A stretch of DNA of 60,325 nucleotides, filler included, from Sphacelaria rigidula (taxonomy: Eukaryota): assembly GCA_964200075.2 (NCBI GenBank). It is 4 parts of 4 records of this genome, joined end to end, with 100 filler letters (N's around TTAATTAATTAA, not from the genome) between each part and the next. Parts side by side here need not be neighbours in the genome. Positions count along the whole stretch, not along the records: positions 30,215 to 45,220 come from CAXNAA020001946.1; positions 45,321 to 60,325 come from CAXNAA020001947.1; 2 more parts are not named here. The stretch is one strand, 5' to 3'. Under the pieces are notes generated by a model. That model was not told the DNA's origin. It was given only the letters and a program-made list of their open reading frames with translations, and did no database searches. The first letter of the stretch is position 1. Each line of letters begins with the position of its first letter. Shown piece after piece: positions 34,055 through 45,634 of this stretch. Position numbers and translations under genes: made by a program.

Positions 34055-37000
34055 CTAGTCGTAACGCTCGATGATGCAGGCATGGCCCAGCCCACCGTCA
34101 GCACACGCCGCTACAAGCGCGTATCGCCCTCCTTCCCTGTGGAGGCGGTTGGCCGCCGTGGCGACAAGCCTCACTCCCGTTGCTCCGAATGGGTGACCGA
34201 GGCTGAGACTGCCGCCATGTACGTTTAGCTTATCTATTGGGATTTCTCCCAGCTACGAATAACATGAGAAAAAGGGGACGGAGGGAGTGTGATATAATTT
34301 CTCTCAGAATGTGAAACGTGCGAAGGGTATATGGATTTGATATGTACGAGGAGTATCTAAAGGCTTGGCATGTCTTCTCACATTATGTAGGGGCATTCTT
34401 CTGACGCACCGTGCTGTCGTGTTCTACGTGTGATACTGTGTTCAGCATGACTAGGATATGCATACATGAAGCGCTTCATGTGTTTTTCCTTTTGCGCTTT
34501 TTCTGACTTCTCCGTAGGAAAGGGTACAGACGTCTGCATCAACACTACTCACCAACACTACTCGCCCCGGGGAAACAAACACCGTGCGACCCACACCGAC
34601 GCACCCACGCTGTTGACACGAGCATTCCACACGCCAACAACAAAACCACAAAAAAATCAGACGCGCACCTTGCTCGAGCGCCCCATGCTCTTCTGCGCGA
34701 ACTCGTCAGAGTCCATAGCTGCCAGGTTGGACAGCACTTGTCCCGCAAACGCCTCGTGGATCTCGAACACGTCGATGTCCTGCAGCGTAAGGCCCGCATC
34801 GTCGAGCACCTGGTTCCAAATCACGATATACGTGCGCACAATGAAAGAACAAATGAAAACAGACACAAAATCCCAACGCACATGACGACGATTTCAAAGT
34901 GTAGTAAGTGGCACACAGAGCGGTTTTCGTATACCTTTCAGACGTATCCCGCTGCCGCGATGCGGTGATATGACGGTAAACATGGAAAGGATTTGACCAA
35001 GATAGGCCAGTAGCCGGCGTTACGGGGTGCATGCTTTTTGGCTGCTCGCGTGTTGAGGTGTCCACTTCCTGTGTGCTTAGATGTGCGCCTGTTTTCATGT
35101 CTGAAACTCCCTGTTGTGCGCTCATCATGCTGCTCTATGTTCCGCAACCATTTCCCGAGGGTTGAAAAACGAAATGCGGTCGTGGCGATGCCTGACAGTA
35201 ACCCTTCTCCACGCACACTTGCTGACTGTTTTGACTAGTTGGCTACTGACGAGTTTTGTGGTCTCGGAAAATGACCGTTTCCATGCTTAGATGCGTGGTG
35301 TTGTTCATGTCTTCGACACTTCTACACCTCGTCGCAGCTCCTCCAGGTGGGTCACTTCCTCTGTACCACTTGTTTGGTTCACAGCAGTAACTAGTACTCC
35401 CGGACACACGTCGACCGCACGGTTCGCAACAACAACAACAAGATTTCAACGGTCAAACGAACCAATGAATCGTCTGAAAATTACTTGCTTTCAGTGCCCT
35501 TGGTGTTTTTTTATTTGATTGATTGCCGCACTTTAACTGACCCCCCAGGGGTCCAGCCGTGGTCTCACGATAGACGTACCCAAGAAAAACGAAACTGTAG
35601 CACGCTCTAAGGAAAAACAAGAAAAAAGGAATAGGAAAAAAAAAGGAACAGAAAAAAAAAGTGTGTTTGTACGGATCAATCCTTGGGCTGTTGTTTCAGC
35701 GTTGCACCCCGGGTACGCGCACCTCACGGGGAACAGCGCGGTTGCATATCGTTGAGGCTGCTAATTACCCGCGATCAACTTTATTCTCTCTTCCGAGCAA
35801 TCAGGCTTCAGAAATCGTATATCTGGTGATTCGAGCCAGCGATGGTTCGCCCGACCCTTGCTCCTCACGGGATCAACAGTACCATTGGAACGAGTTTTGA
35901 ACACTCCAACACACCCACGCGACAAAAACACGCCTTGAGATTGTCCAGACTCTTGATATCGGGGGCTTGACTGCAGGTCGACAGATTGACATGTTAGTGG
36001 AGTATATATCAGGGGGCACCCGACCGCAACAACTCTCACCATTGATGCCTGAAATGCCTTTTGGGTACATTGGGGAAAACATAGTGGGCCAAGCCCTTCG
36101 TGCCATCATCGCGCGATGCACAAGAAATCGACAACAGGGGAGTTAGATAAAGGCGCCGTGCACTCGTAGTGCATGCTGAGAGAAATTCAATCCCCTAAAC
36201 GATATTTGCCACAAAAATGCAGAAAATTAACCATGGTTTGAAAAGGACGGTTTAGTCTCCATATGCATCTGTGGGAGCTACCTTCACGAGAACAACAGTC
36301 GGGGGCATATTTCGCATCACACGCACGGACAAGAGGGAGCCGTTGCGGTCGGCCAACTCCTGGTGAGATTCAGACGCGAAAAGGGTGACGGGCTCATGTT
36401 TACATACAATCGAGAGTGTCCATAGTGCATCACGTTGGAATCCATGCCAATGCCAAAACTGTACGAGTTCGGCGCCGGCATCACGACGATCGTGTATATT
36501 CTATACGGATGCCTCACGCACCCCTTGGACGGGAGACGTGAACACGGTGGGGCAGTCCTTTAGACCGCTCGCGTTCAACAACGACTTTGACGCAAACAGC
36601 GAGGGGCAAGGGGTTCTGAATATGTATATCGCCATGTCGAGTATGCTAGATTTCATTCTATGCACGGCAACACTCCCAAGTGCCCAATCACTTCATATGC
36701 CGGCATGGACCTCCCGTTGCGCTGGGTGATGGTGATACCACAGGCTGTGACAATACTCTTTGAAGTGAGCGCTGCAACCTTTTTACTTGACGCCCATAAT
36801 ATCCAGTGAAACCAAATCCGTCTGTAACCCCGCAACATTTTACTTCATGGCACACATGGCACAGTACGATGGCCTGATCAACCCCAGGCGCCCATGTCAA
36901 CCCCGACTCTTCCTGCTTCTCTTGTACCCGCCCCTCACCATACGATGCGAGGGCATCCGCAACTGTGCGAAGTAAACGACCAGAAAGAGTGTGATTGCGT

Positions 37001-40000
37001 CATTCACGTTAACGAGACATATCTTTTTCGCCTTTATCCTGTGGACACGGAAGGCGTCCGCAACAGATGTGCAGTACGAAGGCGAAACAGTACTGCGGAG
37101 ATATCGGAACGGCTTCTGATGTGACGACAACAACAACGATAATAACAATCCGTTTCAAGCAGCGTTCGTCGGGGTGCAGGATTTCGTAGGCAACGTTGCT
37201 TTGACATGTATGAATAGTAAATACGGTGAATATACTATCATAGTGATGCCCCTATGAGAAACATATGTCTCACATCGTATTCCAATGAATGAGACAACAA
37301 AGACAATCGCTGTTTAAATCGTACGCTGTGGCGGCAGTCATCGAGCCCTAATAGACACAAAAGTGCACTACTAATATGGTGGGCTCCCTACCTTTCGGTC
37401 GTTTACAGGGCCATGGTAGCAGTGGGCTGTCAGCATAACGGAGCTGTATGGTAGGCTTGACAATGTCGCTCATGTCTCAACTTTATAATATCACCCGAGC
37501 TGAATATACCTAACCCGCCAGTGACGACACCGACATGTGGAGATGCAGTAGTGTATATTTAATCCCCATGAAAGTGACGGCAAAAGGCAAATCCTTGCAT
37601 GTAGGTACCACATTTAACAACAAATGTTCTTTTCAAGGGCCCCGTGTTCTCCATCAAACCGACTGTAGTGAAACGTTTCCCCCGCAGTTACTGAGCAAGT
37701 CGGGTGAAATAGTCTTCATATGGCACCTAAACCAGTGTAACCAATCTTAGTGAGATACAGACATTCTAGAACTTGAATACTGATGACGATAGAACGCTGC
37801 CGCCGAAGACGAGTGTTGTCGCATCACCCACGGGCCAACAAACGTTTTGGGGGGATCCGGTCAATAGAGGATCAAACCAAAATCTGCCATCCGACCACGT
37901 GACGTGCCCATGTGCTGTGGAGGCCCTGAATCGCACGAAGACATTCGGATGACCTGTCGTATCCTGTAACTGAGACAGACTGACGCCCCACCCGACACTA
38001 AATCTTGATGGAGCGGGCACTCATATCTAGTGCCCGGGCATGAAAAATACAAGTTTAGACGTCGTTCTCCCTAACCCAGTATTTACAACCCATAAAAGAG
38101 GTGAACGACAAAAAACAACCGTAAAAATTCCCCCTTCCACAACGGTGTAATAGCACAAAGACGGAAGATAACAACAACAACAACAACAACGGCGACGACA
38201 ACGACGACGACGCAACAAAAAGGCGCAGTGTGCGTCTCACTGACCTTAGCCGTGCCAAACGTCGGTCCCAGGAGCAGGTCCTCGAATGGGTCCACAGCGA
38301 CAAACGCCCAGCTCTTGAAGGATGCCTTGGGCTTCATGCCCATGCCCAACGCTCTGGATCACGTCACAAGAAGCAGGCCGTTGGAATTCAGACAGAAGAA
38401 TAATGCAGTTGTTCTAAATAGATCATCGCTTGGAATACGTCTTCTTTTTTAATGTCGATGTTCTGGATCATACTGACAAGCATGCACTTTTGGAGAGCAC
38501 GTTCCTGATGTTCATCTAAATCTATATTCCCAGTCCCCTATCCCCGATGTTAGTACGCTTCGGGACGAACAATCTTAGCGGGATGCAGGTCATTCATTCC
38601 TCATGCGACTCGCCGAGAAGATCATGGCAAGTAACCTGCGTTTCCTCTACAGTCGACAAACTTTGACATGATATCTAGAGCCTAATCATTTGCCTCCGTG
38701 GCATCCAGTTTTTCCGTGCAAGCACAGTGGTCGCATAGTTCATGTTGACGAGGCCATTCCCTGGCAAAGCACACAACGTAAAACGCGTGTTTCGACCGTT
38801 GCCTTACAAAAGGATCAGCATGTAAAGTCTTCATGACGGCGTCTAGATCAAATGTTGCGTGCAGCGCTTCGCCACGCCCCCAACCTCGAATCTCTGTTGG
38901 TCCTTTAACTCTTACGTTATTAGTGCACCGCTCTGAGACTCCTTCCCCGGTTTGAACAAATAAAACGCTCCCCCCACTCGAGCCTTCTCGCCACTTGCCC
39001 GTCTACAGCAGCAGCAATCGCTCTGGGATCTACATGGGCTGGGCTGATGGAGTCCCCACGTAGCTGCAGAACTTTCGAACCTGCAGCTGCGACCATTGTG
39101 GCTCTACCCATCTACCCATACCAGGTACCGTTCGGGATCTACAACACCCAAATTCGCCCCTTTTTTATTATCGGGCTTGCTTACAATGACGTCTTCCGGC
39201 TGCAGATTGATTTTCATCTACAGTTAACAACGGGCTATTTCAGATTCACTACTCTGCAAATTTCACCGCAAATGAATACCGAGGTGAGAACAAAAATGCC
39301 ACGTAAGCTTCCCGCCTTCAGTCCTCCGACTTATTGGTCGACGACGGGGTGCTGCGTGATTGAACAAACCCAACAAAGAAAAAAACAAATGTGGAGCTTA
39401 CGGCAGTAGCGAAGCAGAGTATTGAATGTACAGCCCAAAGGTGTTCCTCTGTAAGTGTAGCTACCTACGCGCGTAGAGCGCGTTCTAGATCCGCTTGGGA
39501 TGAAAAGGGGTAAAGCATGAGCAACAGCGCCAACACGTGTTATTAGTAAAGTATCAAATGGAGACCCTCCAGCTGCTCCAAGCCATGGTATGCCACGAGC
39601 CTCCCGAGATCACTTTTGTTCGTGGACAAGGCGGCGTGGGCACACTAATCTCGGCACAATTACAAACTTATCCTCCGCCTATTTCCCGCAAGCAAATCCA
39701 AGCGCTATCCTCGTGCTACGCGCCCTTCCAAGGATAGCTTTACCTGCCCTCGGTCATGAGCAGCGCCGCAGATGCACCGTCGCTCAAAAACGAAGAATTG
39801 GCGGCCGTGTGGGTGCCGTGCGGCTTGACAAACGCCGGCTTCAGGGATCCCAGCTTTTCCAGTGTGGATTCGCCCTTCACGCCATTCTCCGCGGTGCTAC
39901 CGTCCACCGGAATGATCTGCGTTTTGCAATTACACCCCGTTGTCGATCGGTCAGTTGGTCAGTCCGTTGGTCGGTCCGTTGGTCGATCGAAAGGTTGGTT

Positions 40001-43000
40001 GGTTGGGTAGCCGGCGCGTCTTGACCACGGTAACTGACAGGGAAACACTCGCTTTGATGGAAAATCGGCTAGCAACAACGATGTGAGACAAAGCAACACA
40101 GTTGTGGGTGGGACTAGGGCCCGATTTTGGGTACTTTATTTCGGGAAAATGGATCACGAACGCTATATGCGTAAGAACTGGACCGTAATCAGACGAATCA
40201 TATCAATCAAAAATACATGCGTCACCTAGAAACAACGACCTGGCTCATATGAAATGTACTATAATCATGGTACATATCCTCAAGCCTGTGAGTGCTCGGT
40301 GTTGAGATGATTTTGTTCCTCCGCATAACTCGCTCCAGATCAGTGGGTGCAAACTCTTGGTGCACGAGTGTTCAGCTGCTGTATTACTAGGGAAGCGCAC
40401 GCGCCCCAGCTGCCACCACACGTTTACCACCATTGCGAATATAACAAGACAAGAAGACGAACAGCGGCAATTGTGGCCGCCACACAACAACGCATCTGCA
40501 GTGAAAGGCGTGCCTGACATCGTGCTAGAACGACAAAGTACGGAAATTTGGATACCATGAGCAGCAGCGTCGCGCATCCCTTGGGTTCTCTCTCGAAAAC
40601 GTCCGTCACAAGACGGCCGTGTTTTATCGGTGAACTCGTCCCCCCTACAAGCCAAGGGGTGAAAGGGCATTCGCTCATGATAAATGAGGTTGTCCTTTGT
40701 ACACATCCCCACAGAACAGAGCAGCACATGGCGGACCGCCACCGAAGCAAATGTCGTGACATTGGTGCCAAAAACTAGCATCTGGTCGAAGATGCAAGTT
40801 GGTGTAAATCGCATGGTTTACATATTATTTTCAGTATGTACAGGCAGTCAGTTGAAGCACGGTGGCTCTGCTGACCTGTTCATATATAGTCAGTGTGTAG
40901 TCTAAAATAATAATCGCTCTTGGCGCCCTGTTTTCTCCGCTGGAACCCTTAGATCCAACAGCAGAAGTTAATGTGTCACGTCGCCCTCTGCGACTCAATA
41001 CATGAAGAGTACTTGCTGTTGAAAGGCTAATTTGCTCATTGTGCACAGCCGTACAGAACGAAGCAGCACCTGGCGGCACGCCACAAAGTGAAACACCGTC
41101 ACACACTGCTCGCTGCGAGAAAAAAATATGCAGCCCAAAACGAAGCTGCCGATCGTCGCATAGTTTGCATCTCACTCTTATATTAGTATATACAAACAGA
41201 CAATTACGAAGTACATGATCACAACAGTCGCTAGCAGATGTAAGGCAGTGCAAGTACTACAATCGGCTTCTGCACTGGAGCTCTGACACGAAGCAGCCGC
41301 TAGCTTTGTCTTTCTTCTGTTAACTCCCTCTCTGAAATTCGACACTTGAAGGGATACTCGCTGTTGAATGGCGAAATTGCCTGTTGTGCACAACCGCACA
41401 GAACTAAGCAGCAGCGCCTGCCGACACGCAACCAAACTGCATGTCGTGACAACTTGCGGCGGGAAAAAACAACATGCGCACCGATTTTTTTTTAATTTGT
41501 GATGTTGGACCTCTATTATAATAGCGCTAGACATTAATCCTCAACCCAAAAGTGCCGATCGCGCAACGCGTAGAACTCGGTGACGAAGCAGAGGATTGGA
41601 CTGCCGTTTCTTGCGTGCGCTTCCCACACACCCAAGCTAAGTCAACCGAATTCACTTTTTCGTTTGAGCGTGATACTGAGCCGCAACAAACCCAAACGTA
41701 CAAAAATGAGGTGTTTTGCCCTCTGGGAGGGGGTTTTCTCGCTGCTGGCGCGACGCCAGGAAAATGTGAAATAGATTATCCTAGATCTTGTGTGTATGCG
41801 GGGTGTGTGAAGTGCCGTAGGCTGGCTTGCTTCCTGTGTCGAGAACCGCGCGATCTCCCGTGCTAGAGCTGTCCCATATTAAATCAAGTTTATGAGTGAT
41901 GAAGCGTGCGTTCTGCTCGAGAGGGCCTCGGCACAGGTGCGACCACCTACTGACGTGTTCATTATTCCTCCGCACTTATGTTTTTTTAGTTTGCCGCTGA
42001 TTTTTGGTCGTTAGGCCCTCCAGTCCCACCCATAATAGTGTTTTTTTTCAAATGATCAAATAAACTGACGGAGATATGCTGCATGAATCGACGACAGCGC
42101 GGCGTATCTTCATGCTATAAAAATAGGGGGGGGGGACATACCATACTGTTAATGTATCGCATGAGTTTTGATCTCACAAGAGAGGTAACACCCAATTTTC
42201 CCATGGAGCAACGTTTTACCCCAAACGCACTCCCGTCATGTGTTGAGATGCGATTCGTACAATTATTTGTACACCATTCATTTGACGTCTATTGTGACAC
42301 AAACAGAATTGCCCCGTGATCTAATCGTGACCTCTACCCCGTTTTACGGTGTGTTTCGACCATCTATACGCAGCAGAGGACTTCAATATATGGGGTGTCC
42401 CTAGACATGGACAATATATGGGCAATAGTTGCAGTAGACCCATACTTTACGCAGCATACTTTTTGTCAGTTGCAACTATTGACCATGTTTTGTCCAGGGT
42501 GTGAAGCATTAGGCTTCAGTTTCTATTTTATATTATTTTTTATTTGTCGCACTTTGAACCCCTCCCCTGGGGACGAGTCCGTGGTCTCAAGGGATCAACC
42601 TATCTCTCCCCCGGTACACGCCTCCTATTTTGGTCTCGCGGATTGGGTCAGCATTCCCGCACCGCGTCAACTCACGTCAAAAAAAGCTCAGTCGACTACT
42701 TTGTTCACTCACGTTCTCACGCTTTCCACGGTGGGAATCAGATACTACGAAGAAAACAACCAACGCGCATTGGGAATCGAACCCTCGTTCTCTCCACCCC
42801 AATGGCGACAGTCGGACCAATACACCACCGGGGCGCGGCGGTGTAAGGGCAGTATGATGTTGAACAGATTGCGGTCACCCACTGTATTGCCACAGGACCA
42901 TATCTCAAACACCGTGTCTTCTTCGGGCAAGTCGTTTCAAAACCGACTGGATTGTATTTGATTACATAGCTGCTTGCCAGTAACACCTTTAAAATCCAGA

Positions 43001-43583
43001 GATGTTTGACCATGTGCTTTCTACACGCGCGTGTCTCTCTCTCCCCCCCTTGTTATTTGGTGATTAACACCAACCAACAACATACAAGGGAAGGTGTGAT
43101 TCATGCGGGTCGTGAGATCTGGGTTTCAAGCTTTACGATATGATCTTCAACCCTTAGACCGCGAGAGTAACCCATCAGGATCATGCCTACTTTTTTCAAG
43201 TAAAATAAATATATCGATTCAACATATGGTCTAGTCTCGCCGTGTAACGGTTAGATAGTGATGGCATGCTCTCGGGAAAAATAGAGAACACATCAGCACG
43301 TTTACATGGCATAATCATCGCCACAACAAAACAAACGACCGGTTAGCCAGCTGTGCCAAGTAGAGACGTACAAAAAATCAACAAATAGAGGAATATTCAC
43401 ATGCCTGATACGGCCAGAGTTTGCTACAAAATACGTCACAGCTACAGTATCTACCTATAATACAGTATCTGGTTGAAAACCATGTGCACCTCGTCTGCGT
43501 AGATTCTATCCGCGTGAGCCTTAGCGGAATTCTGGTGTGATCGTAAGGCGAACTCGTCCTGCGCTTGTCTGCTTATCCCAAAC
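34055..43583 (-). CDS. HADHB: 3-ketoacyl-CoA thiolase, trifunctional enzyme beta-subunit type, 5'-partial (last 5 exons)
   Basis: Minus-strand exons 43583-43490, 39916-39744, 38353-38245, 34809-34669 and 34252-34055 are all GT-AG and phase-consistent. Motifs: [83 protein letters not shown], then IERYD*. HEAF with GHPFGATG and CAxGG is typical of TFE-beta thiolases. Confidence 0.9.
35447..35860 (+). mobile_element. hAT-type MITE copy interrupted by a retroelement 3' end
   Basis: Family blocks ATCGTCTGAAAATTACTT, ATCAATCCTTGGGC and terminal CCCGACCCTTG, with an extra ~150 bp at 35510-35660. Confidence 0.65.
42405..42502. mobile_element. Uninterrupted short copy of the same hairpin MITE
   Basis: TGGACAATATATGGGCAATAGTTGCAG...TGCAACTATTGACCATGTTTTGTCCAGGGTGT. 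Confidence 0.7.
42520..42836 (-). mobile_element. tRNA-headed SINE
   Basis: Minus strand has A-box TGGTGTATTGG (42827-42817), B-box GGTTCGATTCC (42783-42773) and an A-rich tail; homologous to 54330-54640. Confidence 0.75.
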
Positions 43584-43894
43584 CTGAGAAAAAAAAAGGA
43601 AAAATAGAGGAAGAGCACCAGATCACAACACCGTTCGGTGATGTTATTTATTGGTTGTCCTGTAGTGAACTTTACAACCACCCGGACCCATACTACAAGC
43701 AAGGGCTCAGACATGACAGCACGGAAGACGAGAAAAAAAAAAAAAAGACGCCCAATTGAGTCAGAACTCTGAGCACGCGACACAATACAGCATGAGGAAG
43801 AAGGCAAAAGCATTTCGACGCAGATTCATCGTGTTCGGTAACCCCCGACGCGACAACGCAATCACCCCATCGTCACCGACTTACCCCAATCCAA

Positions 43895-44163
43895 TCATTC
43901 CAAGCGCCGGACGTATCATCACTGGTCCGAATCACGGAACCTACGGTTTCCGAGGCCCGATTGCTCGAAAGAGAGAGAAAAACATGACCGGCGGGTAAAA
44001 AATGTCTCTGCGCCAACTTCGCGCTAATCCACATGCCCTGGGTGAGTGTAGCTGGGGTCCGACGCTGAAGACAAAGCCGAAGGATTGATTGATTCGTACG
44101 GTACGAATCAATTACATCACAAGGAGATCATTTTCAGGCGAATCAGTACTCGTCTGGCCCCTT
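43895..44163 (-). mobile_element. Diverged hAT-type MITE copy
   Basis: GATTCGTACGGTACGAATCAA...GGCGAATCAGTACTCGTCTGGCCCCTT is the reverse complement of the family 5' part. Confidence 0.55.
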
Positions 44164-44779
44164 TTGAATGATTCCTCCCTAATGTTACTGATTCAATAGG
44201 GGAGTTAGCTTTCACGAAACTATGAAATCAGATTCGCGACGTACTGTGAGTCAAATTTTACCTTTACACAGCACGTACCCCTTGAGACCGATTTTACCAC
44301 GAAAAACCTACCCACACCCCGTAGCCGCCCTCCCTAATGCTCATGAATCCTATATTTAAAAAAAAAAAAAAGCATTTACCGGCCCGAGAGTCGGTCGCTG
44401 CTGTTACCCATGACCTCTCCAGTTGTATAGTTGGCGATAGCTGGCGTTTCGGGGGCCATGTCCTGGTCAAGCGCGTGACGGAAACGATCAGAGAGAAAGG
44501 GGACAATATTCATCTCGCCCGCCCAAGGGACCCAATTCCCGCTTTTTTGGGCTGATGTGCCACATTAGTACAGTACTGCAAACATTGTAGGGCGAAAAAT
44601 AAAATGTGTTAGTTTTTATTACACAGAAAAGTGAAGGGATGCGTTGTATACATGGACATCAGCTTCTCGTACAAGCTCCCCCATGACCGCCACCAACTCC
44701 CTCCCCCACCCCACAAGCCTATGGTTTGAACCCTGGTTCATTTCACTACTCTTGAACTCACTCACCCTTCATCCTGTGG

Positions 44780-45110
44780 GGGGGGGGGGGGGGTGGGGGG
44801 TACTCATTGTCATGCATGATGCATGCCATAGTCATAAGATCATTGACCTCGCATCCCTACAAAGCTGGGACGGAGCACGCCGGGTGGGGGTGGGAGGCGT
44901 ACTCATTTGTTGCTTGCCTTAGCCGTCTGACCATTGACCACGCATCCTTTTCGAGACGGAGCACTGTAGGGGGAGAGAAGGGATCGGGGAGCGGGCGTAC
45001 TCAGCTGTTGCTTGCCTCAGTCATTTGCCCATTCACCACGCATCCCTTTCGATATGGAACACCATTTCTATCCCTAATAGAGACACCTCGAACATTTGGG
45101 GGTGCTCATA
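44780..45110 (+). repeat. Dispersed G-run/TTGCTTGCCTTAG repeat, about three degenerate tandem units
   Basis: GTACTC.TTTGTTGCTTGCCTTAG.CGTCTG.C.ATTGACCACGC.TC..TTTCGAGACGGAGCA also occurs at 29868-29990 (+) and ~59120-59240 (-). Confidence 0.75.
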
Positions 45111-45117
45111 TGCGTCT

Positions 45118-45220
45118 CAAGGGTCGGACAAATAGTCATTCGTCTGTAATTTGCTTGGTTTTAGTATGATGAGTCGACTCATCATACTAAAACCAAGCAA
45201 ATTACAGACGAATGACTATT
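45118..45220 (+). mobile_element. hAT-type MITE start at the contig end, folded back on itself
   Basis: CAAGGGTCGGACAAATAGTCATTCGTCTG..., with a perfect palindrome 45131-45220 centred on GAGTCGACTC. Confidence 0.7.
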
Positions 45221-45320
45221 NNNNNNNNNNNNNNNNNNNNNNNNNNNNNNNNNNNNNNNNNNNNTTAATTAATTAANNNNNNNNNNNNNNNNNNNNNNNN
45301 NNNNNNNNNNNNNNNNNNNN
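45221..45320. other. Artificial contig spacer
   Basis: N44-TTAATTAATTAA-N44. Confidence 0.98.
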
Positions 45321-45634
45321 CCAAAATAGTTTGAAGGAGGTCGGCGGGCATGAGGTCGCCCATATGAAATTCATTCGTCATGACTTTAGGTCAGGGAAAG
45401 CACTGTTTTCGAGTTGAAACTCACCCAAATGTTGGACCTCAAAAACGGATCCAGGTTGTTGGGTGCCAGTCGTACTGAGCCCCAGAAGCACAACGGACAC
45501 GTCCGCTGTGCAACGGAAAGGTCGACATTTGCCTGCTCCACGCCTCTAGTTGGTTTGTCGTTACTTGTGCTGACAGCGGCACCGATGCTGCAGATGACGA
45601 ATTGATTGAATCTTCAACTCGCTGGCTTTTCTAG

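Noticed and set aside
35900..37150. Coding-like minus-strand fragments in a thiolase intron
   Set aside because: No continuous frame or recognisable motif, and the thiolase exons join without them.
42760..42836. tRNA gene
   Set aside because: The Pol III boxes are present, but no convincing cloverleaf was found and it is embedded in a ~300-bp dispersed repeat; treated as a SINE.
45131..45220. Perfect 90-bp palindrome
   Set aside because: At a contig end and centred on the MITE's internal GAGTCGACTC; other copies continue differently, so it is most likely an assembly fold-back.
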